Shown here: positions 28,588 through 38,961 of the stretch, in pieces
Layout: each line of letters opens with the position of its first letter
How positions within the stretch are numbered: position 1 is the stretch's first letter
From: an uncultured delta proteobacterium
GTDB lineage: Bacteria > Desulfobacterota > Syntrophia > Syntrophales > Smithellaceae
Assembly (NCBI GenBank): GCA_963845095.1
Contig: CAWJQM010000016.1
Location: 187,183 to 251,182, forward strand
Length of the DNA stretch: 64,000 nucleotides
Reading direction: 5' to 3'
Program-made: the position numbers and the translations under genes
The notes under the pieces: model-generated
The model's database searches: none
Seen by the model: only the letters and a program-made list of their open reading frames with translations
Told to the model about the DNA's origin: nothing

Positions 28588-30809
28588 TGGGGCAACTTTC
28601 TGATCAGCACTTTTCTCGGTTTGGCGCCGTCGGACGGGCCGACGATGCCTTCGCGTTCCATCTGCTCGATCATGCGGGCTGCGCGGTTATAGCCGATTTT
28701 CATGTAACGCTGAACAAGGGAGATTGATGCCTGTCCCAGCTCCCCGACGAGGGCCACCGCCTCATCATATTTTACATCGAAATCTTCTTCATTTTGTTTG
28801 TCCTGGGCTGCTTCCAAGGCAAAATTTTCAATGGAGGCATCATATGCCGGCTGGGCCTGAATTTTAATAAAATCAACAATGCGGGCAATTTCATCATCGG
28901 AAACATAAGCTCCGTGGATGCGGGCAAGTTTGGAGGTGCCCGGCGGAATAAAAAGCATGTCGCCGGAACCCAGCAGCAGCTCGGCGCCCGGCTGATCGAT
29001 AATCGTGCGGGAATCTATCTTGGAAGAAACCTGAAAGGAAATGCGCGTCGGGAAGTTGGCTTTGATCAGGCCGGTAATGACATCGACCGATGGCCTTTGA
29101 GTGGCGATGATTAAGTGGATTCCGGCCGCCCGGGCCATTTGCGCAAGACGAGTCAGCGATTCTTCCACATCGCGCGACGCCACCATCATCAGATCGGCAA
29201 GTTCGTCAATTATTACGACTATATAAGGAAGCCGTACATGGTTTATCTGCTGACTGTGCTTATCCATACTCGCTGCGAAACCGTCATCGTTCTCTATCCG
29301 TGCGAGTTCTCTGGCGGCCGCCTTGCCTTTCGGATTTTTCAGGAGCAGTTCATTGTAGGAATCGATGCTTTTTACTCCCAGATCACTGATGACGCGGTAG
29401 CGCCTTTCCATCTCTTCCACAGTCCAGCGCAATACCTGCGAGGCTTTTTTAGGATCAACGACTACCGGATGCATCAAATGCGGGATGCCTTCGTAGGAGG
29501 ATAATTCCAGCCTTTTGGGGTCAACCATGAGAAATTTAACATCATCGGGCAGGGCTTTAAAGAGTATACTGCAAATCATCGCGTTGAGGGCGACGCTTTT
29601 ACCGGAGCCGGTGGTTCCCGCAATGAGCAGGTGCGGCATTTTTGTTAAATCGGCGATTACCGGTGTGCCCACAAAATCTACACCCAGAGCAATCGGCAGG
29701 CGCAAGGAAGAGTTCGCGAAAGAATCGTTGTCGAGTACGTCTTTGAGAAAGACCTGGTCCCTTTTCAGGTTAGGTATTTCAATGCCGATCACCGATTTAC
29801 CCGGGATGGGTGCAATAATCCGAATGCTCGGCGCCATCAGCGCCAGCGCCAGGTCATCGGAAAGGTTGGTTATTTTATTGATTTTCACTCCGGGAGCCGG
29901 TTCCAGCTCATACATTGTGATTACCGGGCCGGGCGTGACTTCCACCACGCGTCCTTCCACGCCGAAATCAGCCAGCTTCTTTTCCAGAATGCGGGAATTG
30001 GTGATGAGATAATCCCGCTTGATGCGGGTGTCTTTGTGCTGAGATTCCGTAAGCAGGGTAAACGGCGGCAGCTGGAATTTGCCGTCAGCTTTAGAGAAAT
30101 CAAAATGCGTCTGTTCAACTTTTTTAATTTTCGCTTTTTTGGGTACGGCCACTTTGTCTTCAATAACCGGCTCGGGTTTGCTCTGTACCTTCATTTTGCT
30201 GATAGCCAGGGAAGTAAGGGCTGAAATCCTGGCTTTAATGTTCTGAAAAATGCTCCAGAAACTTTGGGATACATTTCCGGCAACTGTAATCAGGGAAACT
30301 TCGATCATTAAAATCAGTGATACAATTAAAATCAGAATCAAAAGGATATATGTGCCGGCAATATTAAAATAGTTGAGCAATATCTGGACTGCCGCTGCGC
30401 CGATTGATCCGCCGACTTTTAATTTTACTCCATAAACTGATACTGTTTTAACAATTGCGGTCATCAGTCCGGCAAAGGAAACGGCAAACAAAACAATGCC
30501 TGATAAATTGCTTTTGCTGAGCTTAAATTCTGCCCGGAAAAAATATTGAAAAGCGCAAAACAAGAGAATTAATGGTAAAAAAAAGGCACTGATTCCGAAC
30601 AGATTGATCAACCAGCCGGCCAAATAGGAGCCAACAATGCCGGTAAAATTATGTATTCGCTGAATATCGGGAGCGACAAACTTGACAAAGGGGACGGGAT
30701 CATACGGATGGTAGGAGATCAGGCACAAAAGCAAAAAAACAGCCAGGGCGAGGCATACTGCACCTTTGATTTCTCGCATTCGCTTGTTATCAGCTTGCTT
30801 TTGTTCCAT
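28584..30809 (-). CDS. ftsK: DNA translocase FtsK/SpoIIIE
   Basis: 741 aa. N-terminal TM helices. Walker A GTTGSGKS. C-terminal gamma domain (..ISLVQRYMKIGYNRAARMIEQME..). Confidence 0.95.
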   Translation of the reverse strand: MEQKQADNKRMREIKGAVCLALAVFLLLCLISYHPYDPVPFVKFVAPDIQRIHNFTGIVGSYLAGWLINLFGISAFFLPLILLFCAFQYFFRAEFKLSKSNLSGIVLFAVSFAGLMTAIVKTVSVYGVKLKVGGSIGAAAVQILLNYFNIAGTYILLILILIVSLILMIEVSLITVAGNVSQSFWSIFQNIKARISALTSLAISKMKVQSKPEPVIEDKVAVPKKAKIKKVEQTHFDFSKADGKFQLPPFTLLTESQHKDTRIKRDYLITNSRILEKKLADFGVEGRVVEVTPGPVITMYELEPAPGVKINKITNLSDDLALALMAPSIRIIAPIPGKSVIGIEIPNLKRDQVFLKDVLDNDSFANSSLRLPIALGVDFVGTPVIADLTKMPHLLIAGTTGSGKSVALNAMICSILFKALPDDVKFLMVDPKRLELSSYEGIPHLMHPVVVDPKKASQVLRWTVEEMERRYRVISDLGVKSIDSYNELLLKNPKGKAAARELARIENDDGFAASMDKHSQQINHVRLPYIVVIIDELADLMMVASRDVEESLTRLAQMARAAGIHLIIATQRPSVDVITGLIKANFPTRISFQVSSKIDSRTIIDQPGAELLLGSGDMLFIPPGTSKLARIHGAYVSDDEIARIVDFIKIQAQPAYDASIENFALEAAQDKQNEEDFDVKYDEAVALVGELGQASISLVQRYMKIGYNRAARMIEQMEREGIVGPSDGAKPRKVLIRKLPQ

Positions 30810-30851
30810 TACTGGCCGTTCATAAAATTAATATTGCATTGGAGAAAAAGG

Positions 30852-31607
30852 TTAAGCAGAAGTTTTCTCTTCCATATCTTTAATGACTGAGGTGTCGGCC
30901 TCTCTCCAGTAGTCATAGTTGGTAATAATGACTTTTCTAACCCTCTCGATCAGTTCGTGCCTGTTTTCAATAGTATAGCTTTTTACATCAACGGGTTTGC
31001 CGATGATCAATTTCACCCGGCCCGGGGTAACTTTTAGAGATCTTTTGGGCATGATCTTCCCGCTGCCGATAATTGATACAGGAATAATCGGTACGCCGGA
31101 TTTGATGGCGAGATGGAATATCCCCTGTTTAAAAGCCTTGATTTCTCCGTCGGCGCTTCTTGTTCCTTCGGGGAAGGACATTACTGATTTTCCTTCCCGG
31201 ATGCGCAGTGCCGCTTCATCCAGGCTCTGCATTGCTTTTTCGTGATTTCCCCTGTCTATTTCAATATATCCCGCAGTTTTCATGGCTGCGCCGAAAATAG
31301 GAATGGCGAAAAGTTCCTTTTTGGCGAGCCAACGGAATTGACCGGGTATATGGCCAAGAGCAATAAAGATATCAAAATCACTTTGATGGTTGGCCATAAA
31401 AATTTGCGGTTTGCCGTAGATGATATTTTCTTTGCCTATTACTTCCACTTTCGTATTGGATATGAAGAGCAGTATTTTCGCCCAGAGTTTGGCTATCTTA
31501 TGAATTCTGTTTTCGGAATTCGGAATAATAGATATAATGATGCACCAAAAGGAGATAAATCCGGTAATGGCGACACCAACTGTAACAAGAAGCGCAGAAC
31601 GTATCAT
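30852..31607 (-). CDS. plsC: 1-acyl-sn-glycerol-3-phosphate acyltransferase
   Basis: NHQSDFD (HX4D) and FPEGTR motifs. 251 aa. Confidence 0.9.
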   Translation of the reverse strand: MIRSALLVTVGVAITGFISFWCIIISIIPNSENRIHKIAKLWAKILLFISNTKVEVIGKENIIYGKPQIFMANHQSDFDIFIALGHIPGQFRWLAKKELFAIPIFGAAMKTAGYIEIDRGNHEKAMQSLDEAALRIREGKSVMSFPEGTRSADGEIKAFKQGIFHLAIKSGVPIIPVSIIGSGKIMPKRSLKVTPGRVKLIIGKPVDVKSYTIENRHELIERVRKVIITNYDYWREADTSVIKDMEEKTSA

Positions 31608-31823
31608 CGAATTATTCCTTGGGCATTAAATTTATTGGTAAATTTTTACTTGATTATGCTAATGAAGTCAATGATGAATATCAAATGAACATTAAAAGCA
31701 TAGAAAATATTTGACAAATATCGCCCTTGGTAATAACATCGCGAAACTTTTTGATAGTTTAAGCGCTGCTGGCGCTTTTTTCATTTGTGGAAATAAATCA
31801 TTTACGCCGCAGGTTTCAGGACA

Positions 31824-32814
31824 ATGCAAAGTGTTTTAAAAAGAAAAAGAGCTTTGGAAATAATCGATAATTTCCAAAGGGCGGGAGTATTGGTGGTCGG
31901 AGATATAATGGTTGACCATTTTATCTGGGGCAAGGTATCCCGCATTTCTCCGGAAGCGCCTGTTCCGGTTGTGGATGTGCAAAAAGACAGTATTTTGCTC
32001 GGCGGCTGCGCTAATGTGCTCAACAGCATCTACGCTATGGGCGGCAAAGGTTATGTGGCCGGAGTTATTGGCGCCGACAATATCGGAAAACGGCTGCTTG
32101 CGGAATTGCAGCAGCGGAAAATTGAAACCGACGGTATAGTCGTCGAAAAAGGGCGGCCGACTACTTTAAAAACAAGAATCGTTGCCCATGGCCAGCAGAT
32201 GGTGCGTTTTGATAAAGAAAGCAGAAACCCGATTCCCCCGGCCAGCACCAGGAAAATACTGGAGATATGTAAAATCACTGCAAAAGAAAATTGGCGCGGT
32301 TGTTGTTTCCGATTACAGTAAGGGTGTAGTTTCGAGGGAACTGATTGGGGGAATTAGAAAAATTGTGCAGGATGCAAAAATATACATCTGCCTCGATCCG
32401 AAGCAAAGCGACTTTTCCATATATGAAGGAGCTTATGTAATTACTCCCAATCACCACGAGGCGCAGCGTGCTGCAGGGATGGAAATAAACGATCAGAATG
32501 ATCTCCGGCAGGTGGGGGAAACGCTTTTAAAAAAATATAATTTTCAGGCGCTGCTGATTACCCGGGGCGAAGAAGGCATGAGCCTCTTTGAAAGAGGTCA
32601 GAAGATTACCCATACTTACTTTTCGGCTCAGGCCAAAGAGATTTATGATGTTACGGGCGCGGGGGATACGGTTATCGGTGTGCTTGCCCTGAGTCTGGCG
32701 TCCAAAGCCAATCTTCAGGAAGCAACCTGTCTGGCCAACCAGGCCGCCGGCATTGTGGTGGGTAAAGTGGGAACCGCTACGGTTTCGCAGGAAGAGTTAA
32801 TACGAGGTTTATGA
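31824..32814 (+). CDS. rfaE1: D-glycero-beta-D-manno-heptose-7-phosphate kinase (RfaE domain I, PfkB family); frame broken once
   Basis: VLVVGDIMVDHFIWGKVSRISPEAPVPVV hallmark. C-terminal DVTGAGDTV. The halves join at ..RKILE|YVKSLQKKIGAVVVSDY (~32262-32268). Confidence 0.85.
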
Positions 32815-33370
32815 GCAAACCGACTTCCGCGGAACCAGTAAAATTAATATTCAGTGTTTTTGCGGCAACAGTTCCGAAACTGGATGAAACCATAGCAAAG
32901 TTGACCGCATATTACGGACAACCTGATTTTATCAGCGACCCGGTGCCTTTTGATTATACGGATTATTACTGCCGGGAAATGGGTGAAAATTTAGTCCGGC
33001 GTTTTTTGTCCATGGAAAAACTGGTAAGGCCCGAGTTGCTGCCGGATATTAAGCTGGCCACCAATGATATCGAAAACTGTATTTACCGATTGACGGCGAA
33101 CGGCAGGTCAATATTGATCCCGGTTATATATCCAAAAGCCATCTGATTCTGGCTACCGGAAAAGGTTATTCACACAGGCCTTATTTACGCGATGGTATTT
33201 ACGCCGATTTGACGTTGTTCTATCAGAACAAGAAATTTTGTTCTTTGCCGTGGACCTATCCGGACTACGCGGATGAAAAGCAGCTGGCAATGCTCGATAA
33301 AATAAGAGCAGAATATTTATTGCAGTTAAAGTCAATGACACTCGCTGAAAGCGAGCATAGCGAAGCTTGA
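32811..33370 (+). CDS. DUF4416-family protein; frame broken once
   Basis: ORF 32811..33146. The next frame continues ..KLYLPIDGERQVNIDPGYISKSHLILATGKGYSHRPYL..WTYPDYADE.. to the stop at 33368-33370. Break near the A4 run at 33073-33076. Confidence 0.6.
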
Positions 33371-33470
33371 GGCGTAAGTGGAATTGATCCCGAAAGCGAA
33401 GTCCTGTAGGTACAGGACGAAGCTATTCGGGAACCAGAGGGTTGTTTTTTAATAAAGATTAGGTGTATAA

Positions 33471-34349
33471 ATGATCAAAAGCATGACAGGCTACGGGCGT
33501 GTGGAAACCACGGGGCAGGACAGAAATATTGTTGTGGAATTTAAATCTGTCAATCACCGTTTTCTGGAAATATCTTTGCGCATGCCGCAGGCTCTGTCCC
33601 CTCTGGAATTGGAATTTAAAAAGAAAATCGGCGAGAAGATAAAGCGGGGAAGAGTGGAGGTGTTTATCCGTCTGGAAGCAGGGAGCACCAACGCCGCGGA
33701 GGCGATAGTGAACCTGGATATTGCCCGGAATTATTTTGCCGCTTTGCAACGCCTGAAAAATGAGTTTGGCCTGACGGAGGAAATTGGACTGAAAACTCTG
33801 GTTGGCTTTCGGGATATTTTTTCCCAGCCTGCCGAAACTGAAATTCAGCCGGATGTTTTAAAAAAGATTGCCGCTGCCCTGGAAGAAGCTCTGGATATGC
33901 TGGTCTCGATGAGGCAGGAGGAAGGCTTAGCTATTTATCAGGATATGAAGCAGCGGCTGGATTTAATCAAGGGTATCCTGGGGACGATCAATGCCCGATC
34001 GCCGCAAGTTATTCTTGAATATCAAAGGCGTTTGGCGGAAAGAATAAAGGAACTTACGGCCGGATGTGTCATAGATGAATCGCGGCTGGCCCAGGAAGCG
34101 GCCATCCTCGCCGAAAAAAGTGATATAACCGAAGAAATAGTGCGGATGCACAGTCATATTGGCCAGTTTGTTACGCTGCTGCAGAGTGCAGAGGCAGAAG
34201 GCAAAAAGATTGATTTCCTCCTGCAGGAAATGAACCGGGAAATTAATACGATCGGATCGAAAAGTAACGACGCGGAAATCGCCCGTCAGGTGATTGAAGC
34301 AAAGAGCGAGCTTGGCAAACTGCGCGAACAGGCGCAAAACATAGAGTAA
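33471..34349 (+). CDS. yicC: YicC/YloC-family stress-induced protein
   Basis: 292 aa. MIKSMTGYGR start and C-terminal ..FLLQEMNREINTIGSK.. signature. Confidence 0.9.
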   Translation: MIKSMTGYGRVETTGQDRNIVVEFKSVNHRFLEISLRMPQALSPLELEFKKKIGEKIKRGRVEVFIRLEAGSTNAAEAIVNLDIARNYFAALQRLKNEFGLTEEIGLKTLVGFRDIFSQPAETEIQPDVLKKIAAALEEALDMLVSMRQEEGLAIYQDMKQRLDLIKGILGTINARSPQVILEYQRRLAERIKELTAGCVIDESRLAQEAAILAEKSDITEEIVRMHSHIGQFVTLLQSAEAEGKKIDFLLQEMNREINTIGSKSNDAEIARQVIEAKSELGKLREQAQNIE

Positions 34350-34352
34350 ATT

Positions 34353-34958
34353 ATGGATAAAGGAAAATTTATAGTTGTTTCCGCGCCATCGGGCACCGGG
34401 AAGAGCAGCATTTGCCGGCGTCTCTTACAGGCCTGTCCGGAAATTCAATTTTCCGTTTCTTATACAACGCGATCACCGCGGCCCGGTGAAGTGGAGGGGA
34501 AAGATTATTTTTTTATTTCCCGCCAAGAATTTCAGGAACGTTTGGACCAGGGTGATTTTGCGGAATGGGCGGAAAGCTACGGCCATCTTTATGGCACCTC
34601 CATAAGGACGATGAAAGAATCTTTAGCAAAAGGGACAACCGTTTTGCTGGATATTGAACCGCGCGGCGCAAAACAGATTAAACAAAAATTCCGCGGCGGT
34701 ATCTATGTTTTTATTCTGCCGCCGTCGCGGGAAGAACTTCTCCTGCGCTTGGAAGGACGCGGTCATGAAGAATCAGCTGTCATCCGGGCCAGATATGCCC
34801 AGGCGGAAAGCGAATTGAAAGAAATTTCCTGGTATGATTATGTGATTTTCAACAATGACCTGGAAACGGCTGTCCATCAATTGCTGTCGATTTATATTGC
34901 CCAGGGGTGTAAAAGAAGCAATTTGCAAAGTAAAATAAAAAAATTTATGAATAAATAA
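34353..34958 (+). CDS. gmk: guanylate kinase
   Basis: P-loop [29 protein letters not shown]. Confidence 0.95.
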   Translation: MDKGKFIVVSAPSGTGKSSICRRLLQACPEIQFSVSYTTRSPRPGEVEGKDYFFISRQEFQERLDQGDFAEWAESYGHLYGTSIRTMKESLAKGTTVLLDIEPRGAKQIKQKFRGGIYVFILPPSREELLLRLEGRGHEESAVIRARYAQAESELKEISWYDYVIFNNDLETAVHQLLSIYIAQGCKRSNLQSKIKKFMNK

Positions 34959-34989
34959 TAAAAGTGGTTGCAGGGAGGTTCTAAAAGAT

Positions 34990-35259
34990 ATGGCCAGAAT
35001 TACTGTGGAAGATTCTTTACTGGTTGCCAAGACGAGATTTGGTCTGGTATCGCTGGCATCAAAACGGGCGCGCCTTTTATTAAAAGGAGCGAAGCCGCTG
35101 CTGCAGAGCAAAAACAGAGAAGTCGTGCTGGCGCTGCGCGAAATTGCCGCAGGCAAGGTTAACTATGCCCATCCGGAATATCTGGAAGGGGCAAAGGAAG
35201 ATTTCAAACCAATTCCTGATAATACTGAGTTCATTGGCGATGAAGAATATCTCGAATAA
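34990..35259 (+). CDS. rpoZ: DNA-directed RNA polymerase subunit omega
   Basis: [25 protein letters not shown]. 89 aa. Confidence 0.9.
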   Translation: MARITVEDSLLVAKTRFGLVSLASKRARLLLKGAKPLLQSKNREVVLALREIAAGKVNYAHPEYLEGAKEDFKPIPDNTEFIGDEEYLE

Positions 35260-35989
35260 GCAGGCAGTCGATAAATTAATCTTTGCGCTTGACGCCGCAA
35301 GTCTGGACGAAGCATTATCATGGATTAAGCTCCTGTCCGGCCATGTCGGCATGTTTAAAGTCGGCAAGGAGTTATTTACAGCGGTCGGCCCGAAAATTGT
35401 CGATTGCATTAAACAAAGAAACCAGCGGATTTTTCTGGATCTCAAGTTTCATGATATTCCCAATACTGTTGCGCGTGCCGCCGAATCTGCCGTCAAGCTG
35501 GGTGTTGATATGTTTAACGTGCATGCTTCCGGCGGCAGCAGAATGATTTCGGAAACAGTCCGGGCTGTCGAGGCTTTGGCCGCAAAAAACGGTCAGGCTA
35601 AACCGATTGTTCTGGCTGTGACGGTATTAACCAGTCTGAATGATGCCGACCTCCGGGAAATAGGATTTGCAAAAAGCGCCAATGCCCAGGTGCTGCATCT
35701 GGCTCGTCTGGCTAAAGATGCCGGCGCTGACGGCGTTGTTGCTTCTCCGCAGGACATTGCGGAATTGCGCAGCCGGCTGGGTAAGAATTTTATCATTGTG
35801 ACCCCGGGCATTCGCAGTTCGCTCGAAACGGTAAAGGATGACCAGAAAAGAACTCTCAGCGCCCTGGAGGCCGTAAAGTTGGGCGCTGACTACATAGTTG
35901 TCGGCAGGCCGATTCGGCAAGCAGCCGATCCCCAGGCAGCCTGCCGGAATATTGTTCAGGAGATCGCCACCGGGATGACTGCCGCTTAA
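35240..35989 (+). CDS. pyrF: orotidine 5'-phosphate decarboxylase
   Basis: Start chosen at ATG 35240 ([18 protein letters not shown]). [14 protein letters not shown] catalytic region. The longer ORF from 35144 overlaps rpoZ. Confidence 0.85.
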   Translation: MKNISNKQAVDKLIFALDAASLDEALSWIKLLSGHVGMFKVGKELFTAVGPKIVDCIKQRNQRIFLDLKFHDIPNTVARAAESAVKLGVDMFNVHASGGSRMISETVRAVEALAAKNGQAKPIVLAVTVLTSLNDADLREIGFAKSANAQVLHLARLAKDAGADGVVASPQDIAELRSRLGKNFIIVTPGIRSSLETVKDDQKRTLSALEAVKLGADYIVVGRPIRQAADPQAACRNIVQEIATGMTAA

Positions 35990-36019
35990 GCAATGCGCAG
36001 CGGAGATTACGGGTAATGT

Positions 36020-36769
36020 ATGGAGATAATTTACGGTATAAACCCGATCAAGATTCTCCTCCGGCAGCTGCGAACTGAGTTGGCAAAGGTGATTGTGGCG
36101 TCTGGCAAAAGCGGATCAAGCCTGACGGAAATTATAGAAGCCGCCCGCCAAAAAAACATTCCTGTTGAATTTCAAACCAGGCAATACCTCGATGAATTGG
36201 TCGGCAACTCCGATCATCAGGGAGTTGCAGGACTCCGCCCCGCTTTTGTTTATTCGGGCTTAGATGATTTGCTGGGAAACCGCAGTCCGCAATTTAGCTT
36301 GGACCTGATTTTAATCCTCGATAGCATTATGGATCCCCAGAATCTGGGGGCGATAATTCGGACAGCTTATTGTCTGGGGGCCAACGGAGTAGTAATCCCG
36401 GCTGATCGGGCTGCATCCGTTACTGCCGCAGTGGTCAAAGCTTCTGCCGGCGCAGCGCAGCAATTGCCCATTGCCAGAGTCACTAACCTGGCGCAGACCA
36501 TCGATTATTTGAAAGAAAAAAAGTTTTGGGTTTTTGGGGCGGATGCGCACGATGGCGGTAATCTGCAGGAATTGGACTTTAACTGCCATGTTGCTTTGGT
36601 GTTAGGCGGAGAAGCAAAAGGGATCCGTCCCCTGGTGAAAAAGAAATGCGACTTTTTGTTATCTGTTCCTCTGCAGCGAAGTTTCGATTCCCTGAATGTC
36701 TCTGTTGCTGCCGGGATAATCCAGTACGAAATATTCAATCAACGCCGCCGGATAATAGGGAGAAAATAA
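36020..36769 (+). CDS. rlmB: 23S rRNA (guanosine-2'-O)-methyltransferase, SpoU/TrmH family (RlmB-like)
   Basis: 249 aa. N-terminal substrate-binding domain and C-terminal SpoU knot (..LVLGGEAKGIRP..SLNVSVAAGI..). Confidence 0.8.
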   Translation: MEIIYGINPIKILLRQLRTELAKVIVASGKSGSSLTEIIEAARQKNIPVEFQTRQYLDELVGNSDHQGVAGLRPAFVYSGLDDLLGNRSPQFSLDLILILDSIMDPQNLGAIIRTAYCLGANGVVIPADRAASVTAAVVKASAGAAQQLPIARVTNLAQTIDYLKEKKFWVFGADAHDGGNLQELDFNCHVALVLGGEAKGIRPLVKKKCDFLLSVPLQRSFDSLNVSVAAGIIQYEIFNQRRRIIGRK

Positions 36770-36853
36770 GATAATTCCAGCAAAGGATGATGCTGATAGA
36801 CAATTTACCGCTTGCCACGGCAGCTGAGATTTATGTTCTTAATATTTAACTGG

Positions 36854-36882
36854 TTGAATTAACATGGTATATAGTTTATAAT
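36854..36882 (+). promoter_or_regulatory. near-consensus sigma70 promoter TTGAAT-17-TATAAT upstream of pilC
   Basis: TTGAAT at 36854-36859, a 17-nt spacer, TATAAT at 36877-36882. Confidence 0.5.
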
Positions 36883-36926
36883 GATTAACATGAATATTGT
36901 CCCGGTGAAGAAAGGATAATTTAAAT

Positions 36927-38135
36927 ATGCCAGTTTTTGTTTGGGAAGGTACGACCAGAAAAAATGAAGCTAAAAAGGGAGAGATGGAAGCGGCAGATGA
37001 ACTGGCTGTCCGCGGACTCTTGCGCAGACAGGGATTTAAATCGATTGCCATAAAAAAGAAACCCAAAGACATTTCGGAGTATTTGCCTTTTTTAAAGGGG
37101 AAAGTTGCCGAGAAAGATGTTGTTGTCTTCTGCCGCATCTTTTCCACCATGATTAACGCCGGTTTGCCGCTTATTCAATGTCTGGATCTCTTGAACCAGC
37201 AGGAACAAAACAAAACCTTTAAAGAAATTATTAAGAAAGTGAAGGAGGATGTAGAGAGCGGCGCCAGCTTAACCGATGCATTAAGGAAACATCCGGCTGT
37301 TTTCGATGATCTCTTTGTCAATTTGGTTGCCGCCGGCGAGGCCGGTGGTATTTTGGATGTTATATTGGGACGCCTTTCCAGCTATATGGAAAAGGCAATG
37401 AAGCTGAAAAGCCAGGTCAAGGGAGCGATGACCTATCCTGTTGCTGTTCTGGCTATTTCCATCGGTGTTGTCGCTTTATTACTGCTCAAAGTCATTCCCG
37501 TCTTTCAGAAGATGTTCGAAGGCATGGGCGGGGAGCTTCCCGGCCCCACCCAATTTTTGGTAAATGCCAGCGCATTTGCCCAGAGTTATTGGTGGATCAT
37601 GGCCGGTGTGATAGTTGCAGTTGTTGTGGCCTTCGGCAGATTTTATAAAACGGAAAAAGGGCGCTGGACCATAGATTCTCTGCTGCTCAAAGCCCCGATC
37701 TTCGGGCCGCTGCTGAAAAAAGTGGCTGTGGCAAAATTCTCCCGAACGCTTTCCACCATGATGAATTCAGGCGTTCCCATTCTGGAAGGATTGAATATCG
37801 TCAGTAAAACTTCGGGCAATGTGGTGGTCGAAGCCGCCCTGATAAAAACGCGCCAGAGCATCAGCGAAGGACGGACAATAGCGGAACCGCTAATGGAAAC
37901 TGGTATTTTCCCGCCAATGGTGGTGCAGATGATTGCTGTCGGTGAAGCGACGGGAGCCTTGGATACCATGCTCAGCAAAATCGCCGATTTTTACGATGAC
38001 GAAGTTGATGCGGCAGTTTCAGCAATGACCGCCCTTTTAGAGCCGATTATGATGGTTTTTCTGGGTGGAATCGTTGGTGGCATGATTATCGCGATGTATT
38101 TGCCGATCTTTAAAATGGCTTCGGTTGTCGGTTAA
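36927..38135 (+). CDS. pilC: type IV pilus assembly platform protein PilC (GspF family)
   Basis: 402 aa. Duplicated T2SS-F domains. C-terminal ..LLEPIMMVFLGGIVGGMIIAMYLPIF.. Confidence 0.9.
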   Translation: MPVFVWEGTTRKNEAKKGEMEAADELAVRGLLRRQGFKSIAIKKKPKDISEYLPFLKGKVAEKDVVVFCRIFSTMINAGLPLIQCLDLLNQQEQNKTFKEIIKKVKEDVESGASLTDALRKHPAVFDDLFVNLVAAGEAGGILDVILGRLSSYMEKAMKLKSQVKGAMTYPVAVLAISIGVVALLLLKVIPVFQKMFEGMGGELPGPTQFLVNASAFAQSYWWIMAGVIVAVVVAFGRFYKTEKGRWTIDSLLLKAPIFGPLLKKVAVAKFSRTLSTMMNSGVPILEGLNIVSKTSGNVVVEAALIKTRQSISEGRTIAEPLMETGIFPPMVVQMIAVGEATGALDTMLSKIADFYDDEVDAAVSAMTALLEPIMMVFLGGIVGGMIIAMYLPIFKMASVVG

Positions 38136-38169
38136 TTAACTTAAACTTGGCCTGATTTGGAGATGAAAA

Positions 38170-38246
38170 TGGTCGGGATGGCGCGATTTGAACGCGCGAC
38201 TCCTGCGTCCCGAACGCAGTGCCCTACCAAGCTGGGCCACATCCCG
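38170..38246 (-). tRNA. tRNA-Pro (anticodon CGG)
   Basis: Manual cloverleaf: acceptor cgggatg/catcccg; anticodon stem ctgcg/cgcag with loop ttCGGga; T-arm gcgcg-ttcaaat-cgcgc. CCA is encoded. Confidence 0.9.
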
Positions 38247-38449
38247 ACGTGGCACGGACGATATAGAATTTATTTCTAAATGTCCACTTTTTTTTATTCG
38301 GGCTCGAATTTATTCTTCAGCAAGGGGATTGTAAGGCATGATTTTCCGGCATGAAGTCACTCGTCTTCTGCGGTATTTATGTACTTAATTGTTTTTTACA
38401 GGGCGGCATGATAATATAACTTATCTTCATAAGCAAAAAGGTGAGAAAA

Positions 38450-38866
38450 GTGATAATTTTTGACTTGAAATGTGAAAACGGGCATAAATTTGACGGCTGG
38501 TTTAAGGATCGACAGGCCTTTATTGATCAAAATTCGCAAAAACTTGTGGCTTGTCCGACTTGCAATAGCTGTCGAGTCAATATAGTGCCATCTTCAGTTA
38601 CGATTGCGGGAAAAGATTTCCGTTCCGCCGGAAAAGGGGAGGAAAAGGGAAATTCCACGCTAAAAACCCTGCAGGCGCTTCATCAGTATATTGATAAAAA
38701 CTTTGAAGATGTCGGCAATTCATTTGCCGAAGTTGCCATAAAGATTCATTACGGGGAAGAGGAAAAACGCAATATCAAAGGAACGACAACTCCACAGGAA
38801 GATGCAAGTTTAAGGGAGGAAGGCGTTCAGTTTTTTAAAATTCCCATCCCTAAAATGGACAGCTAG
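38450..38866 (+). CDS. DUF1178-family zinc-ribbon protein
   Basis: GTG 38450 gives MIIFDLKCENGHKFDGWF..CPTCNS, the typical DUF1178 N-terminus. The ORF track starts 9 nt earlier. Confidence 0.7.
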   Translation: MIIFDLKCENGHKFDGWFKDRQAFIDQNSQKLVACPTCNSCRVNIVPSSVTIAGKDFRSAGKGEEKGNSTLKTLQALHQYIDKNFEDVGNSFAEVAIKIHYGEEEKRNIKGTTTPQEDASLREEGVQFFKIPIPKMDS

Positions 38867-38961
38867 TACCTCAATGTTTCATGAAACACATCCGGAATTA
38901 TTCTTAATACAGCGGAAGAGCCGATTCGTCTGAGGCTTTCATTTTAAGGTATTAACAATTT

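Noticed and set aside
38867-38961. Riboswitch or T-box leader upstream of the CysK::CysRS fusion
   Set aside because: The 95-nt spacer shows only a 12-bp palindrome (gtttcatgaaac) right after the DUF1178 stop. None of the conserved cores of SAM, T-box or other sulfur-related leaders that I know are present.
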